DNA of 64,000 bases, from contig DATGKK010000145.1 in the NCBI GenBank assembly GCA_035294725.1, forward strand, positions 4,897 to 68,896, given 5' to 3'. This stretch comes from Acidimicrobiales bacterium. GTDB lineage: Bacteria > Actinomycetota > Acidimicrobiia > Acidimicrobiales > Bog-793. Under the pieces are notes generated by a model, which had not been told where the DNA came from, searched no databases, and saw only the letters and a list, made by a program, of their open reading frames with translations. Of this stretch, positions 25,479 through 36,051 are shown in pieces; within the stretch, counting starts at the first letter, position 1, and the number at the start of each line of letters is the position of its first letter. A program made the position numbers and the translations under genes.

Positions 25479-28400
25479 CGGCGCCGACCACTCCCGCTGC
25501 CGCCTGCCACGAGGTGGAGCCCGCCCGCTTCGACCTCGGCGGTCCGCTGCCCGGACCGGGCGTCACGGTGCTCGAGGCAAGCGCCGGGACGGGAAAGACC
25601 TTCACGATCGCAGGGCTCGTGGCGAGGTTCGTCGCCGAGGGAACACCGATCTCCGACGTCCTCGCGGTCACGTTCACGCGCCTTGCTACCGGTGAGCTGC
25701 GCGACCGCGTCCGGGCGCGGCTCGTCTCGGCAGAAGACGGGCTCTCTCGCCTCCTCGCGACGGGTCAGCCGCCGCCACCGGACGACACTGTCCTCGGCCT
25801 TCTCTCGCGCGGCAGCCCGGACGAGGTGGAGGTGAGGCGAGAGCGGCTGGCGGGGGCCCTCACGTCGTTTGACGAGGCGACGATCACGACGACGCACGGC
25901 TTCTGCCAGCTCATGCTGACCGGGCTCGGCGTGGCCGGCGACGTGGCGACTGGGGCGACTCTGCTCGAGGACCCACGCGACGTCGTGGAGGAGGTCGTGG
26001 ATGACCTCTATATCCGCTGGACGCTCCTCCACGGGCAGGCCCCGCCGTTCACTCGCCGCGAGGCACTCGAGATCGCAAGGGCGGCCGTGGCCAATCCCGA
26101 CACGCCGCTCGAGCCTGCATCGGACGAGAGCAGCGCTGGCCTTCGCCGTCGCCTCGCCGAAGGCGTGAGGAAGGAGGTCCGCCGCCGGCTCCTCGATGCC
26201 AACCACCTCACCTTCGACGACCTCCTCGTCCGCCTGCGGGACGTCTTGACGGACCCGACCCGCGGCGGAGCGGCGGCGAACCGCCTACGGGGCCGCTTCT
26301 CGGTCGTGCTCGTGGACGAGTTCCAGGACACGGACCCGATCCAGTGGCAGGTGGTGCGCACCGCCTTTGGGTCCGGCCAGACGACGCTCGTGCTCATCGG
26401 CGACCCGAAGCAGGCGATCTACGCCTTCCGCGGGGCCGATGTGCATGCCTACCTGGAGGCCGCGCGGATCGCTTCTTCGCGCTTCACCCTCGGGGAGAAC
26501 TGGCGCAGCGATGGGGACCTGCTTACTGCGCTCGACGCGCTCCTCGATCCGCTCCGCCTCGGCCATCCGGAGATCCGCTACCGGCAGGTGCGGGCTGCAC
26601 CTGCTCATCTGCGCCCCGGCCTCGTCGGCGCACCGTCGTCCGCATGCCTGCGGGCCCGGCTCGTGCCGGTGAACGCCAGTGGAACCACCAGAACGAACCT
26701 CGGGGACGTGGTCAAGCAGTCGGCGGTGGCCTACATCGCCGCCGACCTGGCTGCCGACGTCGTGGCGCTCCTCGACTCGAACGCCGAGGTCGTCGCGTAC
26801 GCGGACGACGGCAGCGAGCGTTCCCGGCGCCGTGTGGCTCCGGGCGACGTGGCGGTCCTCGTCGCAACGAACGAGCAGACGCGCATCGTCCAGCAGGGGC
26901 TGCGCGCGGCTGGCGTGCCGGCCGTCGTGGCAGGCGCCGGGAGCGTGCTCGCCACGACGGCCGGCGACGAGTGGCTCCGCCTCCTCGAGGCGATGGAGCA
27001 GCCGGCCGACCGGGGACGGGCCGTGGCCCTCGCCCTCACTCCCTTCCTCGGTCTTGCCGCCGACGAGGTCGCGGCGGCGGACGACGAGGAGTGGGAGCGC
27101 ATCCACGCGAAGCTCCACCGCTGGAGCGACATCCTGCGCCACCGCGGAGTGGCGGCGCTGTTCCGGTCCGTTCTGGCGTCCGAGGACGTGCCAGGTCGGC
27201 TGCTTCGGCGTCCGGACGGCGAACGCCAGCTCACCGACCTCGGCCACATCGCTCAGCTGCTCCACGCAGAGGCCTCCGAGGGCAAGCACGGACCGCCGGC
27301 ACTGCGTGTCTGGCTGGCCCGGCGGATCGAGGAGGCCGGCAAGGGTCGCGAGGGCGCCGAGGCCGAGGAGCGGAGCCGTTGGCTTGACTCCGACGCCGAC
27401 GCCGTGCAGGTGCTCACGGTCCATCGGTCGAAGGGGCTCGAATTCCCGGTCGTCTATGCCCCGTTCCTCTGGGACGGGTATTTCGGCACCTCGGGCAGCC
27501 CGGTCGTGTACCACGACCCCGTCGATGGCGTGCGCAGGCTCGACGTCGGAGGCAAGGATGCTCCGGGCTACCAGCAGCACTTCGAGCTGGCGAAGGACGA
27601 GGAGCGAGGTGAGGCCCTCCGCGAGCTCTACGTGGCCTTGACTCGCGCACGCCACCAGGCCGTCATCTGGTGGGTACGGGTGAAAGACGCCCGGCACTCG
27701 CCGCTCGGGAGGCTGCTGCTCGCCCGCGACGAGGTGGGCAACGTGGCGACGAGCGGACCTCACCAGCCAAAGGACGAGGAGATGCGCGAGCTGTTCGATG
27801 CCGTCGCCCGGCGTGCGCCCGAGGGGCTCGTCGCTGTCGAGCAGGCGACGATGGGCGAAGGCTCGCCCTGGTCCGGCAGGATCGGGCAGGGGGTGGGGCC
27901 GCTGGCTCTCGCCGAGCTCGGCCGGCCGCTCGACCTGCGCTGGCGGCGCACCTCCTACTCCGGCATCACCGCCTCGGTCCACGGCGGCCCGGCGGTGGGG
28001 AGCGAGCCCGAGGAGCCGGGCACCACCGACGAGCCGCTTTCCGGCGCACCGGTCGAGTGGCTGTCCGGTCCCCGAACGACGAGCGACGGGGAGGAGGCGG
28101 ATCTGCGAGCTGTGGGATCGCTCTGGTCGGAGCTCCCCGGCGGCACGGAGATGGGCACGTTCGTCCACAAGGTGCTGGAGGAGGTGGACTTCGCGGCCCC
28201 CGAGCTTGACGCCGAGATCAGGCGGGCGGCCGCCACCACGCGCACGCACGTCGCACGCTCGCTCGGGTCGACGGACGCTCTGGTGAGCGCCCTCCATGCT
28301 GCTATCACGACTCCGCTCGGACCCCTGGCTGGTGGGATCGCGCTGAGCCGGATCAGGCGGGAAGACCGGCTCGACGAGATGGGCTTCGAACTGCCGGTGG

Positions 28401-28957
28401 CTGGCGGGGACCGGTCCGACCGCGCCGGCACGGTGGCGACCGCCGATATCGCCCGCCTCTTCGAGCAGTACCAGCCGAGCGGCGGTCAGCTGGCCGGGTA
28501 CGCCGAGCGGTTGCGGGATCCCCTCCTCGGCACGGACCTGCGCGGCTACCTGACGGGCAGCCTCGACCTCGTGTTCCGCACCAGAGCCGGCTCGGAGGGG
28601 TCCGCGGAGTCGCCTCGCTACTTCGTCGTGGACTACAAGACGAACTGGATCGGTGCAGAAGGCGAGCCGCTGTCGGCGTGGCAGTACCGGCCTGCGGTCC
28701 TCGAGCTGGAGATGGAACGGATGCACTACCCGCTCCAGGCGATCCTCTACATGGTCGCCCTCCACCGATACCTGCGGTGGCGGCTGCCCGGTTACCAGCC
28801 CGAGACCCACCTCGGCGGGGTTCTCTATCTCTTCCTGCGCGGCATGTCGGGCCCGGCTACCCCGGCGGTCGGCGGCGCTCCCTGCGGCGTGTTCTCGTGG
28901 CGGCCGCCGACAGGACTTGGCACTGCACTGTCGGAGCTGTTGGAGGCCGGGTCATGA
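25475..28957 (+). CDS. recB: Exodeoxyribonuclease V beta subunit (UvrD-like helicase plus PD-(D/E)XK nuclease)
   Basis: EASAGTGKTFTI Walker A, VDEFQDTD, and the C-terminal nuclease region GSLDLVF...VVDYKTN. GTGA overlap with recC. Confidence 0.9.
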   Translation: MTAPTTPAAACHEVEPARFDLGGPLPGPGVTVLEASAGTGKTFTIAGLVARFVAEGTPISDVLAVTFTRLATGELRDRVRARLVSAEDGLSRLLATGQPPPPDDTVLGLLSRGSPDEVEVRRERLAGALTSFDEATITTTHGFCQLMLTGLGVAGDVATGATLLEDPRDVVEEVVDDLYIRWTLLHGQAPPFTRREALEIARAAVANPDTPLEPASDESSAGLRRRLAEGVRKEVRRRLLDANHLTFDDLLVRLRDVLTDPTRGGAAANRLRGRFSVVLVDEFQDTDPIQWQVVRTAFGSGQTTLVLIGDPKQAIYAFRGADVHAYLEAARIASSRFTLGENWRSDGDLLTALDALLDPLRLGHPEIRYRQVRAAPAHLRPGLVGAPSSACLRARLVPVNASGTTRTNLGDVVKQSAVAYIAADLAADVVALLDSNAEVVAYADDGSERSRRRVAPGDVAVLVATNEQTRIVQQGLRAAGVPAVVAGAGSVLATTAGDEWLRLLEAMEQPADRGRAVALALTPFLGLAADEVAAADDEEWERIHAKLHRWSDILRHRGVAALFRSVLASEDVPGRLLRRPDGERQLTDLGHIAQLLHAEASEGKHGPPALRVWLARRIEEAGKGREGAEAEERSRWLDSDADAVQVLTVHRSKGLEFPVVYAPFLWDGYFGTSGSPVVYHDPVDGVRRLDVGGKDAPGYQQHFELAKDEERGEALRELYVALTRARHQAVIWWVRVKDARHSPLGRLLLARDEVGNVATSGPHQPKDEEMRELFDAVARRAPEGLVAVEQATMGEGSPWSGRIGQGVGPLALAELGRPLDLRWRRTSYSGITASVHGGPAVGSEPEEPGTTDEPLSGAPVEWLSGPRTTSDGEEADLRAVGSLWSELPGGTEMGTFVHKVLEEVDFAAPELDAEIRRAAATTRTHVARSLGSTDALVSALHAAITTPLGPLAGGIALSRIRREDRLDEMGFELPVAGGDRSDRAGTVATADIARLFEQYQPSGGQLAGYAERLRDPLLGTDLRGYLTGSLDLVFRTRAGSEGSAESPRYFVVDYKTNWIGAEGEPLSAWQYRPAVLELEMERMHYPLQAILYMVALHRYLRWRLPGYQPETHLGGVLYLFLRGMSGPATPAVGGAPCGVFSWRPPTGLGTALSELLEAGS

Positions 28958-30888
28958 CGGCGACCCTCGATGCCGGACTCGTGCTCGGCGTGCCCGAGGA
29001 GTCACTCCTCGGCGCGCTCAACCGGCACCGCGTCCTTGCTCCGGCCGACATCCACGTCGCCCGCCGCCTCGCCCGCCTTGCCGACGAGTCCGACGAGCTC
29101 GTCCTCCTCGCGACCGCCTTCGCCGTCCGGGCCCCGCGCCTCGGGCATGTCTGGGCCGACCTCGGCTCGCTGCGCGAGACGGCCGAAGAGGAGATCGAGG
29201 ACGAGGCGGATCTTGGGGCACTGCCCTGGCCGGAGCCTGGGGCATGGCTGGAACGGGTCGAGGCGAGCCCGCTCGTTGCCGTCGGTGAGGCGGAGTCCGA
29301 GGTTGCGCCACTCCGCCTGGTCGGTTCCTCGCTGTATCTCGACCGCTACTGGCGCGACGAGCGAGCAGTCGCCGCCGATCTGCTCGCCCGTTCGGCTGAG
29401 GTCCCCCCCGGCGACGCCTCCGGAGGGACGGCGGTGTCGTCGCTGCGGGAGGCGATCTCACAACTGTTCGGCGCCGAGGACGACGCGGAGCAGCGCTGGG
29501 CGGTGGCGGTGTCGGCTCTTCGCGGGCTCGCCGTTGTCGCCGGAGGTCCCGGCACTGGGAAGACCACCACGGTGGCGCGGCTGATCGGCCTGCTTGCGGA
29601 GCAGTCGGCGACGGCGGGGAGCGAGCCTCCCCTCGTGGCGCTCGCAGCGCCGACCGGCAAGGCGGCGAACCGCATGCAAGAGGCGGTGCGCGCGGCCGCA
29701 GTGCAGCTGCCGGTGAGTGAAGCGGTGCGCCGGCAACTGCTCGCTCTCGAGGCCTCGACCGTCCACCGTCTGCTCCGGCCGTACTCCTACACCTCGAGCC
29801 GCTTCCGCTATCACCGCCGCAACCGGCTCCCTCACGACGTCGTCGTCGTCGACGAGACCTCGATGCTGTCGCTGTGGCTGATGGCCCGGCTCGTCGAGGC
29901 TGTTCGCGAGGACGCCCGCCTCGTGTTCGTCGGCGACCCGGAGCAGCTGGTCTCCGTCGAGGCCGGCGCGGTGCTCGGCGACATCGTCGGCCCGGCCTCC
30001 TCGGGCCTGCGCATGCACGCCCGCGCGCGACGACAGGTGCGCGAGGCGACGGGAGCCGACCTTTCGGTAGTGGACCTGCCAGAGGAGTCCTCGGCGATCG
30101 GCGACGGGGTCGTCCTGCTCAGCACGAACCACCGTTTCGGCGGGGTGCTGGCCCGGCTCGCCGAGGCCGTCCGCCGCGGGGACGCCGACGAGGTGATCGG
30201 CGTGCTTCGGGACCCCGCCGGCGACAAGGGCGGAGGAACCGTGGACTGGCTGCCCGTCGACGCCGCCGAGGCCGGAGAGCACGAGCTTGCGCCGATCCGC
30301 CTGCTCGCCTGCGACGCGGGCAGGAGCATCGTGGACGCGGCCAGGCTGGGTGACGGGGCCGGAGCGTTGGCGGCGCTCGGCTCGTGGCGGATCCTCTGCG
30401 CGCACCGCCGCGGGCCGGCCGGCGTGTCGGCGTGGAACGAGCGGGTGGAGCGCTGGCTCTCAGCGGAGATCGAGGCCTTCTCCACCGGCGGCGAGTGGTA
30501 CGTCGGGCGGCCGGTTATCGTCACGGCGAACGACTACGGCCTTCGCCTGTTCAACGGGGACACCGGCGTGCTCGTCGCACGCGACCCGGTCGGAGTGGAA
30601 GTCGCCTTCGAACGAGGCCCGATCAGCCCATCACGGCTGTCGGAGGTGGACACGGTCTACTCGATGACCGTCCATAAAGCCCAGGGCTCAGAGTTCGACT
30701 CGGTGGCCGTCGTGCTGCCGCAGCCAAGCTCACGCCTGCTCACTCGGCAGCTCCTCTACACGGCCGTGACGCGGGCTCGGAACCGGCTGCTCATCGCCAG
30801 CACGGAGGAGTCGCTGCGAGCCGCCGTTGAGCGCCCGATCGCCCGGGCCTCGGGTCTCACCGAGCGGCTCTGGGGCGCCAGCCGCTGA
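28954..30888 (+). CDS. recD: Exodeoxyribonuclease V alpha subunit
   Basis: GGPGTGKTTT Walker A, VVVDETSML and SMTVHKAQGSEF motifs. ATGA overlap with recB. Confidence 0.9.
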   Translation: MTATLDAGLVLGVPEESLLGALNRHRVLAPADIHVARRLARLADESDELVLLATAFAVRAPRLGHVWADLGSLRETAEEEIEDEADLGALPWPEPGAWLERVEASPLVAVGEAESEVAPLRLVGSSLYLDRYWRDERAVAADLLARSAEVPPGDASGGTAVSSLREAISQLFGAEDDAEQRWAVAVSALRGLAVVAGGPGTGKTTTVARLIGLLAEQSATAGSEPPLVALAAPTGKAANRMQEAVRAAAVQLPVSEAVRRQLLALEASTVHRLLRPYSYTSSRFRYHRRNRLPHDVVVVDETSMLSLWLMARLVEAVREDARLVFVGDPEQLVSVEAGAVLGDIVGPASSGLRMHARARRQVREATGADLSVVDLPEESSAIGDGVVLLSTNHRFGGVLARLAEAVRRGDADEVIGVLRDPAGDKGGGTVDWLPVDAAEAGEHELAPIRLLACDAGRSIVDAARLGDGAGALAALGSWRILCAHRRGPAGVSAWNERVERWLSAEIEAFSTGGEWYVGRPVIVTANDYGLRLFNGDTGVLVARDPVGVEVAFERGPISPSRLSEVDTVYSMTVHKAQGSEFDSVAVVLPQPSSRLLTRQLLYTAVTRARNRLLIASTEESLRAAVERPIARASGLTERLWGASR

Positions 30889-30947
30889 TCACGCTGTCGT
30901 CCGGCGACGCCACTGGGCCCGGAGGGGGTCCAGCCGATGCGACGGCG

Positions 30948-32147
30948 TCAGGACCCCGACCGCGCTGCCTCGGCCAACACGCCGGCGCTCGGGCGCACCT
31001 TCCGGTCCATGTCGAGGAGCCCGAAGCTCACGTCGTAGCCGTGCAGCCACTCGTAGTTGTCCACCGCGGTCCAGTGGAACAGGCCCCGCAGGTCGACTCC
31101 ACGCTTGAGGGCGTCGTGGGCGACCTCGAGGCACCGGCGGAGGTAGGCAGCCCGCTCGTCATCGTCGTCGGTGCCGATGCCGAGCTCCGCAACAAGGAGC
31201 GGGGTGCCGGGTAGCTCCTGGTGGAGCCGGTTGAGGACGAGACCGAGCCCGTCGGCCCAGATGCCGTAGCCGAGAGGTGAGCGGGGTGCTCCGGGGGGAT
31301 GGACCGTGAGCTGTCCCGCCGCCACCCCCATCGTGGCGTAGTAGGAGAAGCCGAACAGGTCAAAGGATCGGGCCAGGTCCGGGCGGTCGAGCGGCTCGGC
31401 ATCTCCGACCCGGAGCACACCGTCCCGGAACAGCTCGAGCCCCGGGCGCCAGAAGCGGTCGTAGAGGGACTCCACCCTTCGCGCCGTCTCCGGGAGGTCG
31501 TCCTGGGCGACGACGTCAGAGAGGCCAAAGATCGAGGCGACCGGGCGACCGGTCTCGCGTAGCCGGACCGCGGCCTCGGCGGTCGCAAGCTGGATGTTGC
31601 GCTCTGCGGCGGCGGCGAGGGCGGCGTCGTTCGCGCCCGGCGGCCAGCCTCCCCCGCCGTAGGTGAGGTGGGCGTAGTAGTTCGTCTCGTTGACGGGTTG
31701 CCACCCGGCGACGAGATGCCCGAACCGCTCCGCGACGAACTCGACGTGACGCGCCCAGGCGCCCGTGCGGTTGCCGTCCTCGAGGAAACCTCCCTCGGCG
31801 GCGAACCATGCCGGCAGGGTGAAGTGGTGCAGGCAGACCCACGGCTCGATGCCCGCGTCCCGTGCGGCGAGAAGGACCTCCTCGTAGTGGGCGACGGCGG
31901 CCCCGTCACGGCGTCCGGGCTCCGGCTCGAGACGGGCCCACTCCACCGAGAGACGGTGGTGCCTGAGGCCGAGCCCGGCGAGGAGGGCGAAGTCCCCGGC
32001 GTACCGTCGCCCGAACCCGTTGCCCTCGCCCGACACAGGTGCGCGGCCGGCGCGCTCCCAGCCCCCCCAGTCCGATGCCGGTGCCGCTCCCTCGCACTGG
32101 GTCGAGGAGGCCGCCGTCCCCCACCAGAACCCATCGGGCCAGCCCAT
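30948..32147 (-). CDS. Glycoside hydrolase family 1 (beta-glucosidase-like)
   Basis: FWWGTAASSTQCEG, HHRLSVEWARLEP, PVNETN and VAELGIG (catalytic Glu positions), and WTAVDNYEW. Confidence 0.85.
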   Translation of the reverse strand: MGWPDGFWWGTAASSTQCEGAAPASDWGGWERAGRAPVSGEGNGFGRRYAGDFALLAGLGLRHHRLSVEWARLEPEPGRRDGAAVAHYEEVLLAARDAGIEPWVCLHHFTLPAWFAAEGGFLEDGNRTGAWARHVEFVAERFGHLVAGWQPVNETNYYAHLTYGGGGWPPGANDAALAAAAERNIQLATAEAAVRLRETGRPVASIFGLSDVVAQDDLPETARRVESLYDRFWRPGLELFRDGVLRVGDAEPLDRPDLARSFDLFGFSYYATMGVAAGQLTVHPPGAPRSPLGYGIWADGLGLVLNRLHQELPGTPLLVAELGIGTDDDDERAAYLRRCLEVAHDALKRGVDLRGLFHWTAVDNYEWLHGYDVSFGLLDMDRKVRPSAGVLAEAARSGS

Positions 32148-32722
32148 GACGAGAGCGTATGGCCCCGAGCTCCCAAGCGACAGACCGAGGAGGAGTCGAC
32201 GGAGGTCCTCCCACTTCCGTCCGGCTCTTCACCGGTGAGGCCCTTCTCAAGCGGGCAAGTCCATGGTCGGCTCTCCGGCGGGATCCCCCTCGGCACGGGG
32301 ATCGCCGATCGATCCCTGCGTTCGGAGCCACCTCCCGGGTCGGCGGCCGGATCGGGTTCGCACTGACCGAGCGCTGGCTCGACCTGGCGTGATGCCGAGA
32401 GACGACTCCGTGCGATCCATCGTCGAGTTTGGCGCTGGCGACGAGCTCGTCACGTCCGCCCCCGCCACGAGCGCCGCCCTGATCAGGACCCATGGTGAGA
32501 CCGACGCACCCGGCCGCCTCGAAGGCGCGCCCGAGACGATCCGCCTTCATGCAACCGCATGTCGCTCGGGCCGGCACCCGAGCGCGGCGCGGCACCGCCT
32601 CACGGGGCCGACCTTGCTCGTGGTGGCATCCGCTGAAGCGCCTTTCGCTTCGTCGTCCTCGATCAGGCCTTCAAGAGGGCAAGCGACGAGCAGCCTCGCC
32701 GCCCGCGCGGTACAACTGCGGC

Positions 32723-33550
32723 ATGCCCACGACTGCGAACGGCGACGTCACGATCTACTACGAGACGTTCGGCTCGGAGGAGGATCCCGTGCTGCTGCTC
32801 GTGAACGGGCTCGGCAGCCAGTGCATCAACTACAAGCCGGAGCTCTGTCAGAAGTTCGTCAACCGGGGGCTTCGCGTGGTCCGCTTCGACAACCGCGACG
32901 TTGGCCTGTCGAGCCATCTGAAGGGCGGGCCGAAGTACACGATCGAGGACATGGCCACGGACGGCATCGCCGTGCTCGATGCCGTCGGCGCGGACCGAGC
33001 CCACCTCGCCGGATGGTCCATGGGCGGCATGATCGTCCAGGCGATGGCCATCCACCACCCGGACAGGGTGCTCTCGATGACGTCGGTGATGTCGGCGCCG
33101 GGACCACTCACCGGCGAGCGGGATCCCGCCGTCGTTGCCGCCTTCACAGCTCCACCGGCGGTCACGCGCGACCAGGCCGCCGAGCAGGCCCTCGCCGGGC
33201 TGCGAGCGTGGGGCAGCCCAGCGTGCTACGACGTCGACCGCATCACGGCCGACGCCTACGCCGCATTCGACCGAGCGTGGGACCCGGAGGGACGCGCTCG
33301 TCAGGCGATGGCCATCGCTTCCTCGCCGTCGCGCGTGGAGCTGCTCGGCTCGCTCCGGGTCCCGGCGCTGGTGATCCACGGGGACGCCGACCGGCTTGTG
33401 CCGCTCGAGCTCGGCCGGGCAACGGCGGCAGCCATCCCGGGAGCCCGGCTGGAGATCATCGAGGGAATGGGGCACGACTACCCGCCGGCGTACTGGGACC
33501 GGCTCGTCGATCTCATCGCGACTCACGCCGAATCGGTGCAAGGTGGGTGA
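32723..33550 (+). CDS. Alpha/beta-fold hydrolase
   Basis: 275 aa from the internal ATG. Carries PVLLLVNGLGS, a nucleophile elbow GWSMGG, and a C-terminal GMGHD. Confidence 0.85.
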   Translation: MPTTANGDVTIYYETFGSEEDPVLLLVNGLGSQCINYKPELCQKFVNRGLRVVRFDNRDVGLSSHLKGGPKYTIEDMATDGIAVLDAVGADRAHLAGWSMGGMIVQAMAIHHPDRVLSMTSVMSAPGPLTGERDPAVVAAFTAPPAVTRDQAAEQALAGLRAWGSPACYDVDRITADAYAAFDRAWDPEGRARQAMAIASSPSRVELLGSLRVPALVIHGDADRLVPLELGRATAAAIPGARLEIIEGMGHDYPPAYWDRLVDLIATHAESVQGG

Positions 33551-33637
33551 GGCGCCCTGGATCCGGCGGCCCACGCCGCGGTGGACTGGCTGGCTCGTGA
33601 TACCCGGCAAGGCCTCTGTCTGAACTACGGTTCATGA

Positions 33638-34999
33638 ATGGCCGGGGCCCTGCTCGGCAGCGCTGGCACTCACGATGTCACTCTTGCTGCCATTGCCGTC
33701 ACGACTGGCCCGGTGCGCCACACCCACTTCCGCATCGGCTTCCTCGTCGTCATCCTCGTCGTGCTCGCAGTGATCGTGTACCTCGTCGTCCGCTCCCGGG
33801 AGCGGCGCAGCCACCATCACGGCCAGGGCGACGACTCCTGGGCACGACAGCCTCCTCCTGGCTACGGCGACCCGCCGAGCGTCGGTGGCGCGCCCCTCTC
33901 CGGGGACGGGGCGAGACCGCCAGCTCCGCCTGGGGGTGAGGCGCCCCCCTTCACGCGCGGGGCGGACGGCACCGCGCCGGCACCGGTTGGGTCTCCGCTC
34001 CCTTCCTCACCCCCGGTGGCGGCTCCGCGCCCGCGCCGGCAGGTTCGGCTCGAAGGCGAGCCGGCGGAGGGCTGGGCCGTCGAGACGACGGGTCTCACGA
34101 AGCGCTTCGGTTCCAATGTCGCCGTCGACCACGTCGACCTTCGCGTCCCTCGCGGGGTGGCCTTCGGCTATCTCGGCCCGAACGGCGCCGGGAAGACGAC
34201 ACTCATCCGGACGCTGCTCGGCCTGACGAAGGCGGACGGAGGGACGATGTCGCTGCTTGGTGAGCCCGTGCCGGCTAGGCGCCGCGAGGCGCTCGCGAAG
34301 GTTGGGGCGATCGTCGATGAGCCGCGCTTCTTCGGGCATCTCACGGGGCGGGAGAACCTGCTCATGCTTGCGGCTGCTCGAGGCGGTGGGGCCGAAGCCC
34401 GGATCGTGCCCTCGCTCGAGCGGGTCGGGCTCGCCGGACGCGCTGATGACAAGGTGCGCCAGTACTCGATGGGGATGCGCCAGCGTCTCGGCGTCGCAGC
34501 CTGCCTCCTCGGCGACCCGGAGTTGCTCATCCTGGACGAGCCGATGAACGGGCTCGATCCTGCCGGGATGCACGAGATGCGGGCTCTCATCTTGAGTTTC
34601 GTGGACGAGGGACGGACCGTCGTGCTCTCCTCCCATCTGCTCGACGAGGTGGAGCGAACCTGCGACGCCGTCGCCATCGTCGACCGTGGCCACATCGTCC
34701 GTCAGGGGCCGATCGACGAGCTGGTCCGGGGGGCCGGCTCCAGCGTGCTCCGGGTCGAGTGCGCCGAGCCGGAGGAGGCCGCTCGTCTCCTGCGAGCGGC
34801 CGGCGTCTCAGGCGACGCCACTCCGACTGGGATCGGGGTCGACGTCGCGCTCCCGCCCGATGCCGGGCGGGAGTTCATCGCCGAGGTGAACCGGATCCTT
34901 GTCGAGGGCCGCATCCCCGTCTACGGCCTCCAGGAGATGCGCACCTCCCTTGAAGAGTGGTTCCTCTCGGTCACGAGCCGCCTCGGAGCACCCCAGTGA
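33638..34999 (+). CDS. ABC transporter ATP-binding protein with N-terminal TM helix plus Pro-rich extension
   Basis: GPNGAGKTT, YSMGMRQR and LLILDEP motifs. They are preceded by about 170 aa containing FRIGFLVVILVVLAVIVYLVV and a P/G-rich linker, all in a GC3-rich coding frame. Confidence 0.8.
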   Translation: MAGALLGSAGTHDVTLAAIAVTTGPVRHTHFRIGFLVVILVVLAVIVYLVVRSRERRSHHHGQGDDSWARQPPPGYGDPPSVGGAPLSGDGARPPAPPGGEAPPFTRGADGTAPAPVGSPLPSSPPVAAPRPRRQVRLEGEPAEGWAVETTGLTKRFGSNVAVDHVDLRVPRGVAFGYLGPNGAGKTTLIRTLLGLTKADGGTMSLLGEPVPARRREALAKVGAIVDEPRFFGHLTGRENLLMLAAARGGGAEARIVPSLERVGLAGRADDKVRQYSMGMRQRLGVAACLLGDPELLILDEPMNGLDPAGMHEMRALILSFVDEGRTVVLSSHLLDEVERTCDAVAIVDRGHIVRQGPIDELVRGAGSSVLRVECAEPEEAARLLRAAGVSGDATPTGIGVDVALPPDAGREFIAEVNRILVEGRIPVYGLQEMRTSLEEWFLSVTSRLGAPQ

Positions 35000-36051
35000 C
35001 CTGGGCGCTCGTCAGGACAAAGCTCTTAGAGCTCCGCCGGCGCCGTGGGCTCATGGTGGTGACGGCGCTGCTGACGATCGGTCTTCCCGTCATCGTCCTC
35101 GGGCTCCGCCTCGCATTCCATGCCGCCGACCCGAAGAGCTACGGACCGGCAGGCAGTCCGGGAGTCTTCACGGCACTCGTAGAGGTCATGGCCGAGTTCG
35201 GCTTCATCATCGCCGCCGTCGTCGGTGCCACCGCCAGCACGTCGGACCTGAGCGAGGGCATGTTCCGCCACCTCGTCATCACCGGCCGCTCCCGACTCGC
35301 GCTCTACTTCAGCAGGCTCCCGTCCGCCTCGGTGATCGTGCTGCCGCTCGTGGCAGTCGGGTTCGCCGCCCTCAGCTTCGTCACCGCGTACGCCGGGACC
35401 CCGCAGCCGGCAACGGTCAGCATCAATGGCGTCAACATCCCGGCTCACTTGAACGAGCCAGAGCTGGTGCAGTGGGCTGCCGCACATCCCGTGCAAGCGG
35501 CGCTCGCAACGGGGAGCGTCTCGGTCAGTTCGGCGAGCGCTAGTTCGGGCGGGCAGGCAGTGTCCGTCCGTCCGGGCCGGCTCGGCAAGGGGGGGCTCCA
35601 CGCCCTTTACGCCGCGTACCTCACCCTCGAGGCGACGCAGGGCAATCCCACAGCCAGCGACATGACGAAGATCGGGCTCTGGCTCGAGCTCGACGTCTTC
35701 GTCGGCCTCGTGGTCGGTCTCGGTGTCGGCTCCGTGCTCGGCCAGCGCACCCTCTCCACGGTGCTGATCATCGTGCTCCAGATCATCATCACACCGATCT
35801 TTGCTGCGCACGTCATCCCCTACTTCCTGAACGGGCAGCGCATCGTCGTCGGAGTGGCCCTCGACCAGCTGCGTCCTGCATTTCTCAACCCACCGACCTT
35901 CATCGGCCACCGCGTGCGGGGCGCCATTCTCGGCAGGTCAGGGCTGGAGATCCCCCCGATGCCGACGTGGGCGATGGTCCTCGTCATCGTGGGCTGGGTC
36001 GTCGGCTGGACTGGGCTCGGTGCCTGGAGGATGGCCACCCGCGACGCCTGA
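34996..36051 (+). CDS. ABC-2-type transporter permease
   Basis: Multiple hydrophobic helices. The GTG at 34996 overlaps the ATPase TGA (GTGA). Confidence 0.7.
   Translation: MTWALVRTKLLELRRRRGLMVVTALLTIGLPVIVLGLRLAFHAADPKSYGPAGSPGVFTALVEVMAEFGFIIAAVVGATASTSDLSEGMFRHLVITGRSRLALYFSRLPSASVIVLPLVAVGFAALSFVTAYAGTPQPATVSINGVNIPAHLNEPELVQWAAAHPVQAALATGSVSVSSASASSGGQAVSVRPGRLGKGGLHALYAAYLTLEATQGNPTASDMTKIGLWLELDVFVGLVVGLGVGSVLGQRTLSTVLIIVLQIIITPIFAAHVIPYFLNGQRIVVGVALDQLRPAFLNPPTFIGHRVRGAILGRSGLEIPPMPTWAMVLVIVGWVVGWTGLGAWRMATRDA

Noticed and set aside
21921-30888. recC-recB-recD as a candidate unusual or novel nuclease system.
   Set aside because: All three have canonical motifs, sizes, order and coupled starts. 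This is an ordinary RecBCD as found in many Actinomycetota.
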